This document shows positions 1-12,991 of a DNA stretch of 64,000 nt, in pieces. The DNA lies in sequence record OP953026.1; one strand, 5' to 3'. Under the pieces are notes generated by a model. The model was given only the letters and a program-made list of their open reading frames with translations, was not told the DNA's origin and ran no database searches. Numbering within the stretch: position 1 is the first letter of the stretch; the number at the start of each line of letters is the position of its first letter. The position numbers and the translations under genes are program-made.

Positions 1-1
1 C

Positions 2-496
2 AGTGCTAATACCACCAGCGACCGCTTGGTTAATACCTAAGTCATTATCTGTAAATTTATAAGGCCAGTTAGCACCATTTAAATTAGATACGTGAACATT
101 ATAAAGTAACCTTTGCCATTCTGATGTGGCACCAGCCATTGTTAATAAACCAAATTTATAAATGTTCCCCATAAATCTAACTTCATAGTCACCATTACGG
201 AGTCCGGCATTATTAAGCCGTGATTTTTGTATTGATTTACGAGCTGGTTTCTTTGGTATGTAACAAGTAACATTTTTATTAGAGAACTTTAACCATGGTT
301 GTCCATCATTGATTACTGTTCCAAATGTCATATTAACTAATTTAGCTGCATCATCATAACCAAATAATTCTGAAGATGTTGTTTCACCATACAAACCTAA
401 TTCCCTTGTCCCAGCTATCAGTGTTTTAGGACCTGGATAAGGATCGGAATATATAGGCGTATTTGTTAGTCCAGAAGACAACAATAACTCAAACAT
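2..496 (-). CDS. Virion structural protein of a phiKZ paralog family (gp83-like), 3'-partial, runs off the window start
   Basis: Not in the ORF track; read by hand: GAGG RBS, ATG at 496, MFELLLSSGLTNTPIYSDPYPGPKTLIAGTRELGLYGE..., open to base 1. The GPKTLIAG...G(L/Y)(Y/F)GE motif is typical of phiKZ-like virion paralogs (recall). Confidence 0.7.
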   Translation of the reverse strand, partial: MFELLLSSGLTNTPIYSDPYPGPKTLIAGTRELGLYGETTSSELFGYDDAAKLVNMTFGTVINDGQPWLKFSNKNVTCYIPKKPARKSIQKSRLNNAGLRNGDYEVRFMGNIYKFGLLTMAGATSEWQRLLYNVHVSNLNGANWPYKFTDNDLGINQAVAGGIST

Positions 497-597
497 TTTG
501 TGTGCGCCTCTTTTATAATACGTAGTGCATAAGATTGAATTCTATACAACGCAGCCTTATCTTTATGATTATAAATTAATACTGGTAGAGATATAAA

Positions 598-1839
598 ATG
601 CTACATACGATAGAAATCTCTAATGAAGTGTTAGATGTGAATGTTAAGCGTGACTTAGGTCCATTGATCGAAGAACATCTAACCAAGATTCGTGATAAAT
701 TAGATAATCAACAGAGAATAGATATTAATGATTTTAGGTCACTGAGTGATGATGTTTCTAAGATCCTCAATATGAATATAGAGTTTACACACCTGGATGA
801 TCAGGGTATAATGGGTGGTGCATACACATCCTTTACAGTTGGACATACTGGTAGTAAATTTGACAATATTAATCGAGTTACTTTAGCAACTGAGCAAGGT
901 GTCAATACATTCATTAATATTGATTTAACAAATTTAAAAGTTACGGGTGAGGCTGTTTCAACTTTTAAATACAAGGTCGGTTTATCTATTGGTTTATTAT
1001 CGGCTATTAACCGTGTTAGTATAGCAGAAGCTACTGCCATTACATTACATGAAATTGGGCATTGTTGGGAAACACTGGCTACAATGGGTGACTACGTCTA
1101 TCTTAACTATGCACTTACTGAAGGTATACTTATCTTACAGGGTAGGAAAGCTAATAAGTATAAGATTCAATTATTGGATGAAACATGGTTAAAGAAAAAC
1201 GTTGATCCAGCCGATTATGAGAAGTTTGCTAATGATAGGACTGAAGGAAATATTCGTAAAGTCATTCTATCATCATTTAAGAAAGCGCAACGTCCGCATT
1301 TAACTGGTGATGTTCAATCACGTAAACGCGATGAACAATTAGCTGATTTATTCGCCACTCGATTAGGTTATGGAAGGCCACTGGCAACGGCATTAACTAA
1401 ATCAGGTCGGTATTATAATGACCGTGAATATAAATCTGTTTCTAGCCATATTACTGCTGAGGTATTCAAAGGTCTATTTATGATCATTGGTTTACCTGTT
1501 ACACTAGGTATCATTGCCGGTAATTTAAAAGTTGGATATGATCCAATTAGTTCACGTTATGACAAACAACGACAACGTTTAATGAAAATTAAACAAGATC
1601 TAGTAGCACAACTTAAATGGGTAAAGGACTCATCACTAAAACCAGGAATTGATGATGACATTAAAGTAATTGATTCATTGATAAATGATTTAGCTAATGA
1701 GTGGACCATTTTTGATAAAATTTTAGATTTCCTTAGTCCCCAGCGTCGTAAAGATAAACGGGCTACTGAATTAGAAGATACTTTAGAAAGTCTATTAAAT
1801 AATGACTTATTTGTAAGAGCCTACCGCTTAACTAAATAG
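598..1839 (+). CDS. Virion protein (gp84-like) with zinc-metallopeptidase motifs
   Basis: 413-aa ORF; HEIGH at 1048-1062 and downstream EQLADLFA (M48/zincin-like layout); hydrophobic segment near the C-terminus; position in the head module. Confidence 0.75.
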   Translation: MLHTIEISNEVLDVNVKRDLGPLIEEHLTKIRDKLDNQQRIDINDFRSLSDDVSKILNMNIEFTHLDDQGIMGGAYTSFTVGHTGSKFDNINRVTLATEQGVNTFINIDLTNLKVTGEAVSTFKYKVGLSIGLLSAINRVSIAEATAITLHEIGHCWETLATMGDYVYLNYALTEGILILQGRKANKYKIQLLDETWLKKNVDPADYEKFANDRTEGNIRKVILSSFKKAQRPHLTGDVQSRKRDEQLADLFATRLGYGRPLATALTKSGRYYNDREYKSVSSHITAEVFKGLFMIIGLPVTLGIIAGNLKVGYDPISSRYDKQRQRLMKIKQDLVAQLKWVKDSSLKPGIDDDIKVIDSLINDLANEWTIFDKILDFLSPQRRKDKRATELEDTLESLLNNDLFVRAYRLTK

Positions 1840-1850
1840 AGAGAAAAATC

Positions 1851-2300
1851 ATGCAACAATTAGGTTTTGAACTTTCCCGTATTCTAAAGCAACTGCCTAA
1901 CTTAGGTGGTTCTGATCGTAAAACCCGCGCAATGCTCCTAGCTAATGCGGTGGCATTACAGATTCCATTTGAGATTTTACTTGATTTCAATGAACAACAG
2001 GATAAAGCTGTTGCTAAATTTAAGAAAATCTTAAGTAAAGTTAATGAGAATATTGCAGTTGATACTAAACTAGCCGTAACATATTTTAACAATATTCTTC
2101 GCATTCGCCAAAGTCTTATCAACGGTATTACTGATCCATGTCTTGTCAAAGCTGTACTGACATCTGATACCGCTAATGATTATCTAACTGTCGATGATAT
2201 CAATATTGTCTCTGCCGTTGTTAATGGCCCAGATTATAACCGTATCCAAGCAGACATGGGTAATGCATTAAATCAATTAATCGGTAGTATTGATGAGTGA
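1851..2300 (+). CDS. Minor capsid/head protein (gp85-like)
   Basis: 149-aa ORF tightly coupled to neighbours; synteny with phiKZ. Confidence 0.65.
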   Translation: MQQLGFELSRILKQLPNLGGSDRKTRAMLLANAVALQIPFEILLDFNEQQDKAVAKFKKILSKVNENIAVDTKLAVTYFNNILRIRQSLINGITDPCLVKAVLTSDTANDYLTVDDINIVSAVVNGPDYNRIQADMGNALNQLIGSIDE

Positions 2301-3579
2301 GGTTAAACCCATGTCTCATGTTAAAGAAGTAGATGTCGAAGAGGAAAAACTTTTCTTTGATGAGAACCAACCAGAGATGGTTGAAGGCGAAGAAGAGACT
2401 GTTTCAAGTGCCTCGGCTCCTGAAATTTTAGCTAAGATGTGTGTAGCTGTCGAAGCGATTCATCAGCTATCTGATATTTATGCAATCACTAAACTTGAAG
2501 GCGTATCAAAACCAGATGTTGATGGTATTCGAGCATTAGTTAAGCGCATGAGCACTGAAGGGTTTGAAGCTCCTAAGAAAGCAGTAGCTTCACTTGAGCA
2601 ATATGCTTCTATGTTTACACCAACCCGTAGTACTCTTAATGTGACTATTTCTCAAGAGGCAGTGATGGCTACCATCATTAATACTCTTAAGACTTGGTTT
2701 GAGAAACTAATGGAACTATTTGCTAAGCTGATGCGTTGGATTAGTGATTTTAAGAAGCGTGATGTTGTTGTAGCAACTCGTTATGGAAAGATTGTCCGGG
2801 CAGTTGATCAAGCACGTACTCTCTTTCAAGAGTTACTAGTTAAAAATCGATTAGGTAATCGAAAGGATGCATTACTAGAAAAGTTTGATGCAATTGCACA
2901 ATCAATCATTGATGATCCTAAAATCCTAGCTAGTCGTGTATATGCTGCTGCATTTGGTAGTGTATACTACCAGAAAGAAATCATTAATATTAATAATGAA
3001 GCACGTACTGAACTAGGTACAATGGAAAAGCTAGTTGGCACTATCATTGAATATGTTAATTACAATGGTGATGATTATCGTGCACTTATGCCTATTGTCA
3101 ACATCCGTGAGATTGGTAAACTAGCTACCCGGTGCAATGAACTATCTACAGTATATCCTGATCGTTCAAGCATTCCAGATTTCCCCGATAAGAATTTCTG
3201 GAAAAACTCACATCTATTAAAAGATCGTTTTGTCGCACCACTTGATGATTTGTTAAAAGCATATCGCAATAGTAGTGATGCTTTACGTAAATTAAAGCAA
3301 CTATCACGTAACTATAGTCAAGAAACTATTGATGCTATTGGTGAGTCTGTTCAATTAATTAATACCTCCCTTGAAGGTATGCGTCGTATTACTGATACGA
3401 TGTTTGAATATTCTCAAGCACAATATCTAGCAGCTAGCTGCGTACTTAACTATTATGGTAAGTGTGCACAAGTAGTTAGTGAAGATTATAAGATCCATGG
3501 CTTCAATGATGCTATTCGCGAATGGCAGCGTCGATTTGATAAAGTCATTGATGACTTTAAACGTGGTTATGCAATGTAA
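2293..3579 (+). CDS. Internal head protein (gp86-like), prohead-protease substrate
   Basis: ATG at 2293 overlaps the upstream stop; acidic propeptide with AVE/STE/SLE/SQE motifs then an amphipathic helix (ISQEAVMATIINTLKTWFEKL), as in the gp92-97 paralogs. Confidence 0.75.
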   Translation: MSEVKPMSHVKEVDVEEEKLFFDENQPEMVEGEEETVSSASAPEILAKMCVAVEAIHQLSDIYAITKLEGVSKPDVDGIRALVKRMSTEGFEAPKKAVASLEQYASMFTPTRSTLNVTISQEAVMATIINTLKTWFEKLMELFAKLMRWISDFKKRDVVVATRYGKIVRAVDQARTLFQELLVKNRLGNRKDALLEKFDAIAQSIIDDPKILASRVYAAAFGSVYYQKEIININNEARTELGTMEKLVGTIIEYVNYNGDDYRALMPIVNIREIGKLATRCNELSTVYPDRSSIPDFPDKNFWKNSHLLKDRFVAPLDDLLKAYRNSSDALRKLKQLSRNYSQETIDAIGESVQLINTSLEGMRRITDTMFEYSQAQYLAASCVLNYYGKCAQVVSEDYKIHGFNDAIREWQRRFDKVIDDFKRGYAM

Positions 3580-3586
3580 AATACAA

Positions 3587-3617
3587 CATAATGCCCTCCC
3601 CTAGGGGAGGGCTTATG
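3587..3617. terminator. Bidirectional intrinsic terminator at a convergent junction
   Basis: CATAAT-GCCCTCCC-CTAG-GGGAGGGC-TTATG between two convergent stop codons. Confidence 0.85.
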
Positions 3618-3620
3618 ACC

Positions 3621-7592
<3,972 letters not shown>

Positions 7593-7628
7593 TTATAACT
7601 CTCTGCAAACCCATATAGGAAGAGAAAA

Positions 7629-8792
7629 ATGCCATTACCTGTAATCGCCGGAGCAGTAAGTTCTGCTCTGATGACTGTTGCTGCTGATCAAGGTGTACGT
7701 GGTCTAATGCAGACTGTCCTACAAGCCACTAAAAATGGTGTAGAGATTTCTTCTCTAACCGATCTAGCACGTCCAACTCGTGTTGAACCATTGGTCATCG
7801 TAGACCAAACCTTAGTTGATCAACCTTACATGAAAGACGTTATGAAATTTGTTTCATCGTCTTTTACTGGTTATTATCTACAAGCTGTTAATATGCTTCT
7901 AGGTGTGGATAAGATTGATACTTTAAAAGTATTCGATACTATTAATCCTAACCGTACAGGTGTAACTCGCACTAGTGTATTCTCTGCCGAAGAGTATTCT
8001 GATGGTCTTCCTTCATTAGAGTCTTTTGAGAAGCCTGTGCATTTACCAAATATCGTCGCTGAACACTCACATGAGCGTTGGGTAGCTTCAATGGAAGCGA
8101 ATGACGAAAGTACAAGTGCACAAAGTATTTCTAGTGGTGATACACAAAAGATTTATGAAGTTGAAAACCTTGCCGTTGGTAAGCTGGTTAACGTTGATGT
8201 TAAATCAGGAAAGCAGAAAGCTAAAATTCCTGTTATGATCCGTTTAATTCCAGCCGCTGTTAGTCCTCAGATTATTGCGCACATCTTTAGTGCTGGTGGA
8301 CGAGATACTTGGTTACATCGCCTATTTCTAGTAAAAACTGGTCAAATTAAATTCTGGCGTGACTTCGTTCTAGGTCAAGATATGATCGATGAACATTATC
8401 GCATTCTAATGAATGATAAATCAGGTGTTTATAAACAAATCACCGATCGTCGCCGTAACAACTGGAAACAATCAGTTCGCAGTGGTACGGTTTCATTAGC
8501 AGATGCATCAAATATCGCGATTGTATCAACTTCAACTCTTAAAGCTGCTTCTAATTCTCTTTATGGTCGTATTGATGATTTCGCCACTCGGCAAAAGATC
8601 TTTGACAATAGCTATCTAATGATGCTTGTTGTTATTGATGACCGTTATGAGCGAGTAACTATTTATCATCGTGGGGTTGATCTATCTACATCTCACCGAC
8701 TTGATGAAATTAAAATGGCTGAAAAGAATAAAGGTCCGGATATCACTGAGATCTTTAAAATGATGAATAAAACCATGTCTACCAATATTTAA
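7629..8792 (+). CDS. Inner-body/head protein (gp89-like)
   Basis: 387 aa; SLE and SME protease-type motifs; first gene of the head operon. Confidence 0.7.
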   Translation: MPLPVIAGAVSSALMTVAADQGVRGLMQTVLQATKNGVEISSLTDLARPTRVEPLVIVDQTLVDQPYMKDVMKFVSSSFTGYYLQAVNMLLGVDKIDTLKVFDTINPNRTGVTRTSVFSAEEYSDGLPSLESFEKPVHLPNIVAEHSHERWVASMEANDESTSAQSISSGDTQKIYEVENLAVGKLVNVDVKSGKQKAKIPVMIRLIPAAVSPQIIAHIFSAGGRDTWLHRLFLVKTGQIKFWRDFVLGQDMIDEHYRILMNDKSGVYKQITDRRRNNWKQSVRSGTVSLADASNIAIVSTSTLKAASNSLYGRIDDFATRQKIFDNSYLMMLVVIDDRYERVTIYHRGVDLSTSHRLDEIKMAEKNKGPDITEIFKMMNKTMSTNI

Positions 8793-8802
8793 GGACTGAG
8801 TG

Positions 8803-9732
8803 ATGAGAATTATTGATTATGTACGTGAACTCGCACCAGTTACTGAACGTCGTGAACTATTAAATCAAATCCGTTCATTACGTGAAGAATATGATGCAAC
8901 TCTCGCACCAATTATTGACGATGTAGGTGAAGTATTTGGTAATATGCAACTTAAATCAGATTTAGGTATGCGGTTATCTACTGAACTACGGCGAGCGATT
9001 AGTTTTAATACTGAACCGATTAAACTAGTACTGGATACTCTTTCAAATATTCGTGGTAGCTTTGATATGATCGAAAGCGAAATCCGGCGTTTATTTGCTA
9101 TTCAGTTTACTAACTCTAATCTAACCTTTGACCGTGCAAACATGTTACGTTTTGTTGATGGTCTTAGTTTCTATATTCGTTATGGCCGTAAACTACTACT
9201 AAATCTAATTGCACAAGAAGCAATGAAATTAGGTAAGGCTACAGAATTAAAATCATCTCGTGCTGAGAAAGAATGGCTATACACTAATATGGCGCAATTC
9301 ATTACTCTGTATCCAGCAATGAGTCTTAAGACTAATGAACTGAAACAACGCTTAAGTCGTGCATCTAGTGCTGAAGTCAATGAAGGTACTTATGATGTAG
9401 CTGTGAGTGCTCTCTCTATAGCTCAACGTGATCCACTTAACATGGATGGCTTCTCACCTCGTCAGAACCCGTTCGTGCTATTTGGCAAGTTCTTAGCTGA
9501 GTATCAGGTTGAACGTTTTAAAGAAGCTGAGCAAGAATTCCTTGCACTTCAACTACGTTTACAAGAAATGCGGGAAATGCAAAGTAATGGTAAAGTGGAT
9601 GCACGCCTACAGAAGCTTATTAAAGAGTATGAAATTCGTATCTCTGATTATAACTATCGCCTAGGTATGATCCAAGATCGCGCATCTGAGTTCTTTGCTA
9701 ACCATCGTGATCTACTATCTCTTGGTCACTAA
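8803..9732 (+). CDS. Inner-body/ejected head protein (gp90-like)
   Basis: About 310-aa helical protein; AAGGA RBS; GTG 8800 or ATG 8803 start; synteny. Confidence 0.7.
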   Translation: MRIIDYVRELAPVTERRELLNQIRSLREEYDATLAPIIDDVGEVFGNMQLKSDLGMRLSTELRRAISFNTEPIKLVLDTLSNIRGSFDMIESEIRRLFAIQFTNSNLTFDRANMLRFVDGLSFYIRYGRKLLLNLIAQEAMKLGKATELKSSRAEKEWLYTNMAQFITLYPAMSLKTNELKQRLSRASSAEVNEGTYDVAVSALSIAQRDPLNMDGFSPRQNPFVLFGKFLAEYQVERFKEAEQEFLALQLRLQEMREMQSNGKVDARLQKLIKEYEIRISDYNYRLGMIQDRASEFFANHRDLLSLGH

Positions 9733-9746
9733 TGGAGGGCATTGAT

Positions 9747-10277
9747 ATGCCAGCAACTAATGCTGTACGCCCATTTGGTCGTAATTACTCAGGTGGTCAA
9801 CAACAGGCCATTTCACGGTTCACTGCTCGTCCCGGTGATCCTCAAGTTGAAGAACTATATCTTATCTTTACCAACTTTCCTGCACAAACTGCATATTGGG
9901 AATTCCATAAGAAAGTTCTAGCTTGTGCTATTCGTCTTTTTAGCGGAAACTATAATTGGTTTATTCTACAGGACAATAATAGTAATATTGATAGTTATAA
10001 TTATCAATTCCTATTAGATACTGTTCGATACATTGCTACGGGTCATCGACGTATTTCAATTACCCAATGGCCAATGTTACTAGCTACTGAACCAGATGCT
10101 GGTGCACAACTCATTGAACCGCGCGCTGAAATTGCTACTCTCTTTAATGAGTTAAAATTAGATCTAGATACTGTTTCAATGATCCAGAATTGGGTTAAAC
10201 ACAAAAACGGTATGAATGATCTAATGTATACCCTACATCTACTATTTGGATCTGTAGAAGTAATAGATAAGGACTGA
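9747..10277 (+). CDS. Minor head protein (gp91-like)
   Basis: GGAGG RBS precedes ATG 9747 (ORF track starts at 9732). Confidence 0.65.
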   Translation: MPATNAVRPFGRNYSGGQQQAISRFTARPGDPQVEELYLIFTNFPAQTAYWEFHKKVLACAIRLFSGNYNWFILQDNNSNIDSYNYQFLLDTVRYIATGHRRISITQWPMLLATEPDAGAQLIEPRAEIATLFNELKLDLDTVSMIQNWVKHKNGMNDLMYTLHLLFGSVEVIDKD

Positions 10278-10286
10278 GGACTATCT

Positions 10287-11609
10287 ATGACTAATAATTC
10301 ACTTAGTCATTCGGTCTTACTTGAATCAATCGACGGGGACAGCCCCGTCGATATGATCGCTACATGCGATGGATATCTAAAAGAATTATTGCCATCAATT
10401 GAAGATATTCAAAGTAGATTAGAATGCACTGAAAAAGACATTTTAGTTAAAACCTATACCGATGGCTTATTTCAAAAATATGCAGATAACCAAGATGTTG
10501 TTAGTGAACACATTCTAAAAACTGAGAATGTGTCATTAGAAGACCTATCTAAGACAGCACGAAATACCTGGGATGAAATGAAAAAATCCCAAGCAAAGCA
10601 TCGAGATGAGTTAAAAGAGTATGCACGTGTTATTACACAAGGTAATCAACGTACTCTTGAACGAATAAACATGCTTTTAGAAAGAGCTGAAAATATTAAG
10701 CATGAGCCATTTAAGCAAGAATTAAAATTTAAAAATACTAAACGATTTAGTATTGATGGTAAATTCGAACCGACTACAGTTGATCCGATACTCATGCAAG
10801 TTAACAACTTGATAGCTTTCTATGATAAATCCCTACTCTTGTATATCCAATCTGTAGCGGATATCCTTAGGAAATTATCATTTGATGAAAAATGGACTGA
10901 TAGAGCTGCACAAGACTTTAGTAAGTTTAATGTTAAGAACTGGATGAAGGGTGCAGTACCTATTAAGAAAGATGATAGATTTAGAGTAAGTTCTACAGTT
11001 TATCGTAGTATGCCAGTTCAAGGTAATAAGACTTTATTTGGCGCAGGGCCAACTGAAACACAGACTGAAGAGATCAGGGATTGGGATTTTTTAGTAAATA
11101 CTGTCCGTGATTTTGCCTTTAAGTTTTATACTATTCCTACTATGAAGGATGCACCTGAAGGTAACAATACCTTTAAGGTTAATGATACGAGTTCAATTGG
11201 AAGACGGTTAGTATTATTAAGCGAAATGGCTAAACGTATAGATGCTAGAAAAGATTATGCAACTAAACTAGATTTTGAATTTGGTAGGTTAATGCAGTTA
11301 GCCGAGACTAATCGTCAACAAGCTGGTAGGATTCGGGCACAACAATCTAATATGCGAAATCGTCAAGCAAAAGTTCAAGATCCTGATGCACCTGATGGCA
11401 TCCCTGCTATCTCAAATATCATTAATTCAATTACATTAATGATCAATAATGTAAGTCGCGTTGTAACAGATTTTAGTAATGCTCTTGCTGGTTTAGTCAG
11501 AGTAATGGGTCGACTAGTATTCGTGACCGAGTTAGAATTAAAAGCTTACCAGCGTCCAATTCAAAGACCTACGCAAGAACAAGTAAATAATCCCTCCCAG
11601 GTAAGGTAA
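10287..11609 (+). CDS. Internal head protein, paralog family (gp92-like)
   Basis: 440 aa; VSLED processing-type motif followed by a helix. Confidence 0.7.
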   Translation: MTNNSLSHSVLLESIDGDSPVDMIATCDGYLKELLPSIEDIQSRLECTEKDILVKTYTDGLFQKYADNQDVVSEHILKTENVSLEDLSKTARNTWDEMKKSQAKHRDELKEYARVITQGNQRTLERINMLLERAENIKHEPFKQELKFKNTKRFSIDGKFEPTTVDPILMQVNNLIAFYDKSLLLYIQSVADILRKLSFDEKWTDRAAQDFSKFNVKNWMKGAVPIKKDDRFRVSSTVYRSMPVQGNKTLFGAGPTETQTEEIRDWDFLVNTVRDFAFKFYTIPTMKDAPEGNNTFKVNDTSSIGRRLVLLSEMAKRIDARKDYATKLDFEFGRLMQLAETNRQQAGRIRAQQSNMRNRQAKVQDPDAPDGIPAISNIINSITLMINNVSRVVTDFSNALAGLVRVMGRLVFVTELELKAYQRPIQRPTQEQVNNPSQVR

Positions 11610-11614
11610 TTAAC

Positions 11615-12922
11615 ATGTCTCTACTTAAAATGCTAGACAAACTATCACTTGAATCAATTGAAGATCAAGGCACTACGATTCATGGTGATGTTGAATTAGT
11701 CGTTGAAAATAAAACTTCTGCTGATGTATCATCCGTTTTAGCAGAAGTAGATCAGATTGAAAATAATCCCGTAGAAGAAGTTCTTGATGCAGATGATGCT
11801 ATTCAACCAACTGCATTAGATACTGAAGTAACTATTGTTCAAGCTGAAGATGAATTAGGGCTAATTGAAGATGCTAAAGAAGCACTTGAAAAGTTCCAAG
11901 GTCTTTTACTTCAAGCTGGTGAAGATGGTATCTCTCGTCAAGCAGCTGCCTTCATGCATGTTGGCATGGAATCAATCGATCGTATCCTAGGTATTGAAAA
12001 ATCTGGACTCACTGCCGCGCTTGAGAATTACGATGCTTCTCCACGCAGCGCTATTCAGAAAGCAGCAGTTATCTCTCTTGAGGATCTCAAAGAGAAACTA
12101 AAAGAAGCAGGTAAGAAAGCTTTAGAGATTATCAAGAAGATTGTTGCAATGATAAAGCAGAAGATTAAAGATTTTAATCCTAAGCTGATTGCACTCGATA
12201 TGCGTATTACTAAAACTATTGATGCTATTAAATCACTCAAAGCCGGTGATCTAAAGAAAGAAGAAATTAAGTTCACTCCTTCTGAGTATATGGTATCTAG
12301 TAGTGGCTTTATTGCAAATAATCCGAAGACTATTGCAGACTTCATGACTGTATTCTCAACTCAGTATGTATCTGCTCTTAGGAAATATGGCGAACTTGGA
12401 GTACGTTATCTCAAAGGTGACAAGTCTATTGATATTGATCAAGTCACCAGTGATTTACAAGCTAAGATGGCTGAAGATATTAATAAAGCCGTTGAGAAAG
12501 CTCCTGGTAATGTTAAGTTAGAAGTTACTTCTTCTAAGTCGGGTGTGAATAAGTGGGAAGTTGTTGAGGGTGATGGGGAAACGGATCTACATGAAGTTGA
12601 AGTTGATGTCCGTGCACCGAGTAAAATCTTAGCACATCTTAATATTCTTAAAGGTCTTGTTATTAAACTACAGGACTTTAATAAGATTGATTACAAGATT
12701 GCTGAGAATCTTGAAAAGGCCCTAGCTGATTGGAATCCTGACGAAGCAGGCATGTCAAAAGAAACAGCGCGTGATGCACTGAATATTGGTGGCATTGACA
12801 ATAGTGCACTAGTTAACTATATTGCTAAATGTATCGCTGCGCAATATACATTTATTGTTAAATATGAACTAGCTGCATATGGCAAAGAAACTTCTAAAGC
12901 ATCTGAGAATGATGAGAAGTAA
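11615..12922 (+). CDS. Inner-body protein (gp93-like, phiKZ internal-protein family)
   Basis: Acidic propeptide, conserved AG.DGIS.QAAAFMH block, ALENY and ISLED sites. Confidence 0.8.
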   Translation: MSLLKMLDKLSLESIEDQGTTIHGDVELVVENKTSADVSSVLAEVDQIENNPVEEVLDADDAIQPTALDTEVTIVQAEDELGLIEDAKEALEKFQGLLLQAGEDGISRQAAAFMHVGMESIDRILGIEKSGLTAALENYDASPRSAIQKAAVISLEDLKEKLKEAGKKALEIIKKIVAMIKQKIKDFNPKLIALDMRITKTIDAIKSLKAGDLKKEEIKFTPSEYMVSSSGFIANNPKTIADFMTVFSTQYVSALRKYGELGVRYLKGDKSIDIDQVTSDLQAKMAEDINKAVEKAPGNVKLEVTSSKSGVNKWEVVEGDGETDLHEVEVDVRAPSKILAHLNILKGLVIKLQDFNKIDYKIAENLEKALADWNPDEAGMSKETARDALNIGGIDNSALVNYIAKCIAAQYTFIVKYELAAYGKETSKASENDEK

Positions 12923-12926
12923 CAAA

Positions 12927-12959
12927 CATAATGAGGAACCCTTCGGGGTTCCTCTTATG
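12927..12959 (+). terminator. Intrinsic terminator, CATA/TTATG-flanked
   Basis: GAGGAACCC-TTCG-GGGTTCCTC-TTATG directly after the TAA at 12922. Confidence 0.85.
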
Positions 12960-12991
12960 CTATGTAATTAAGTATTCTTGAGGAATTGTAA

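Noticed and set aside
801-2149. Short minus-strand ORFs (801-1040, 1832-2149) and similar antisense ORFs across the window
   Set aside because: Fully overlap well-supported genes on the opposite strand and lack RBSs.
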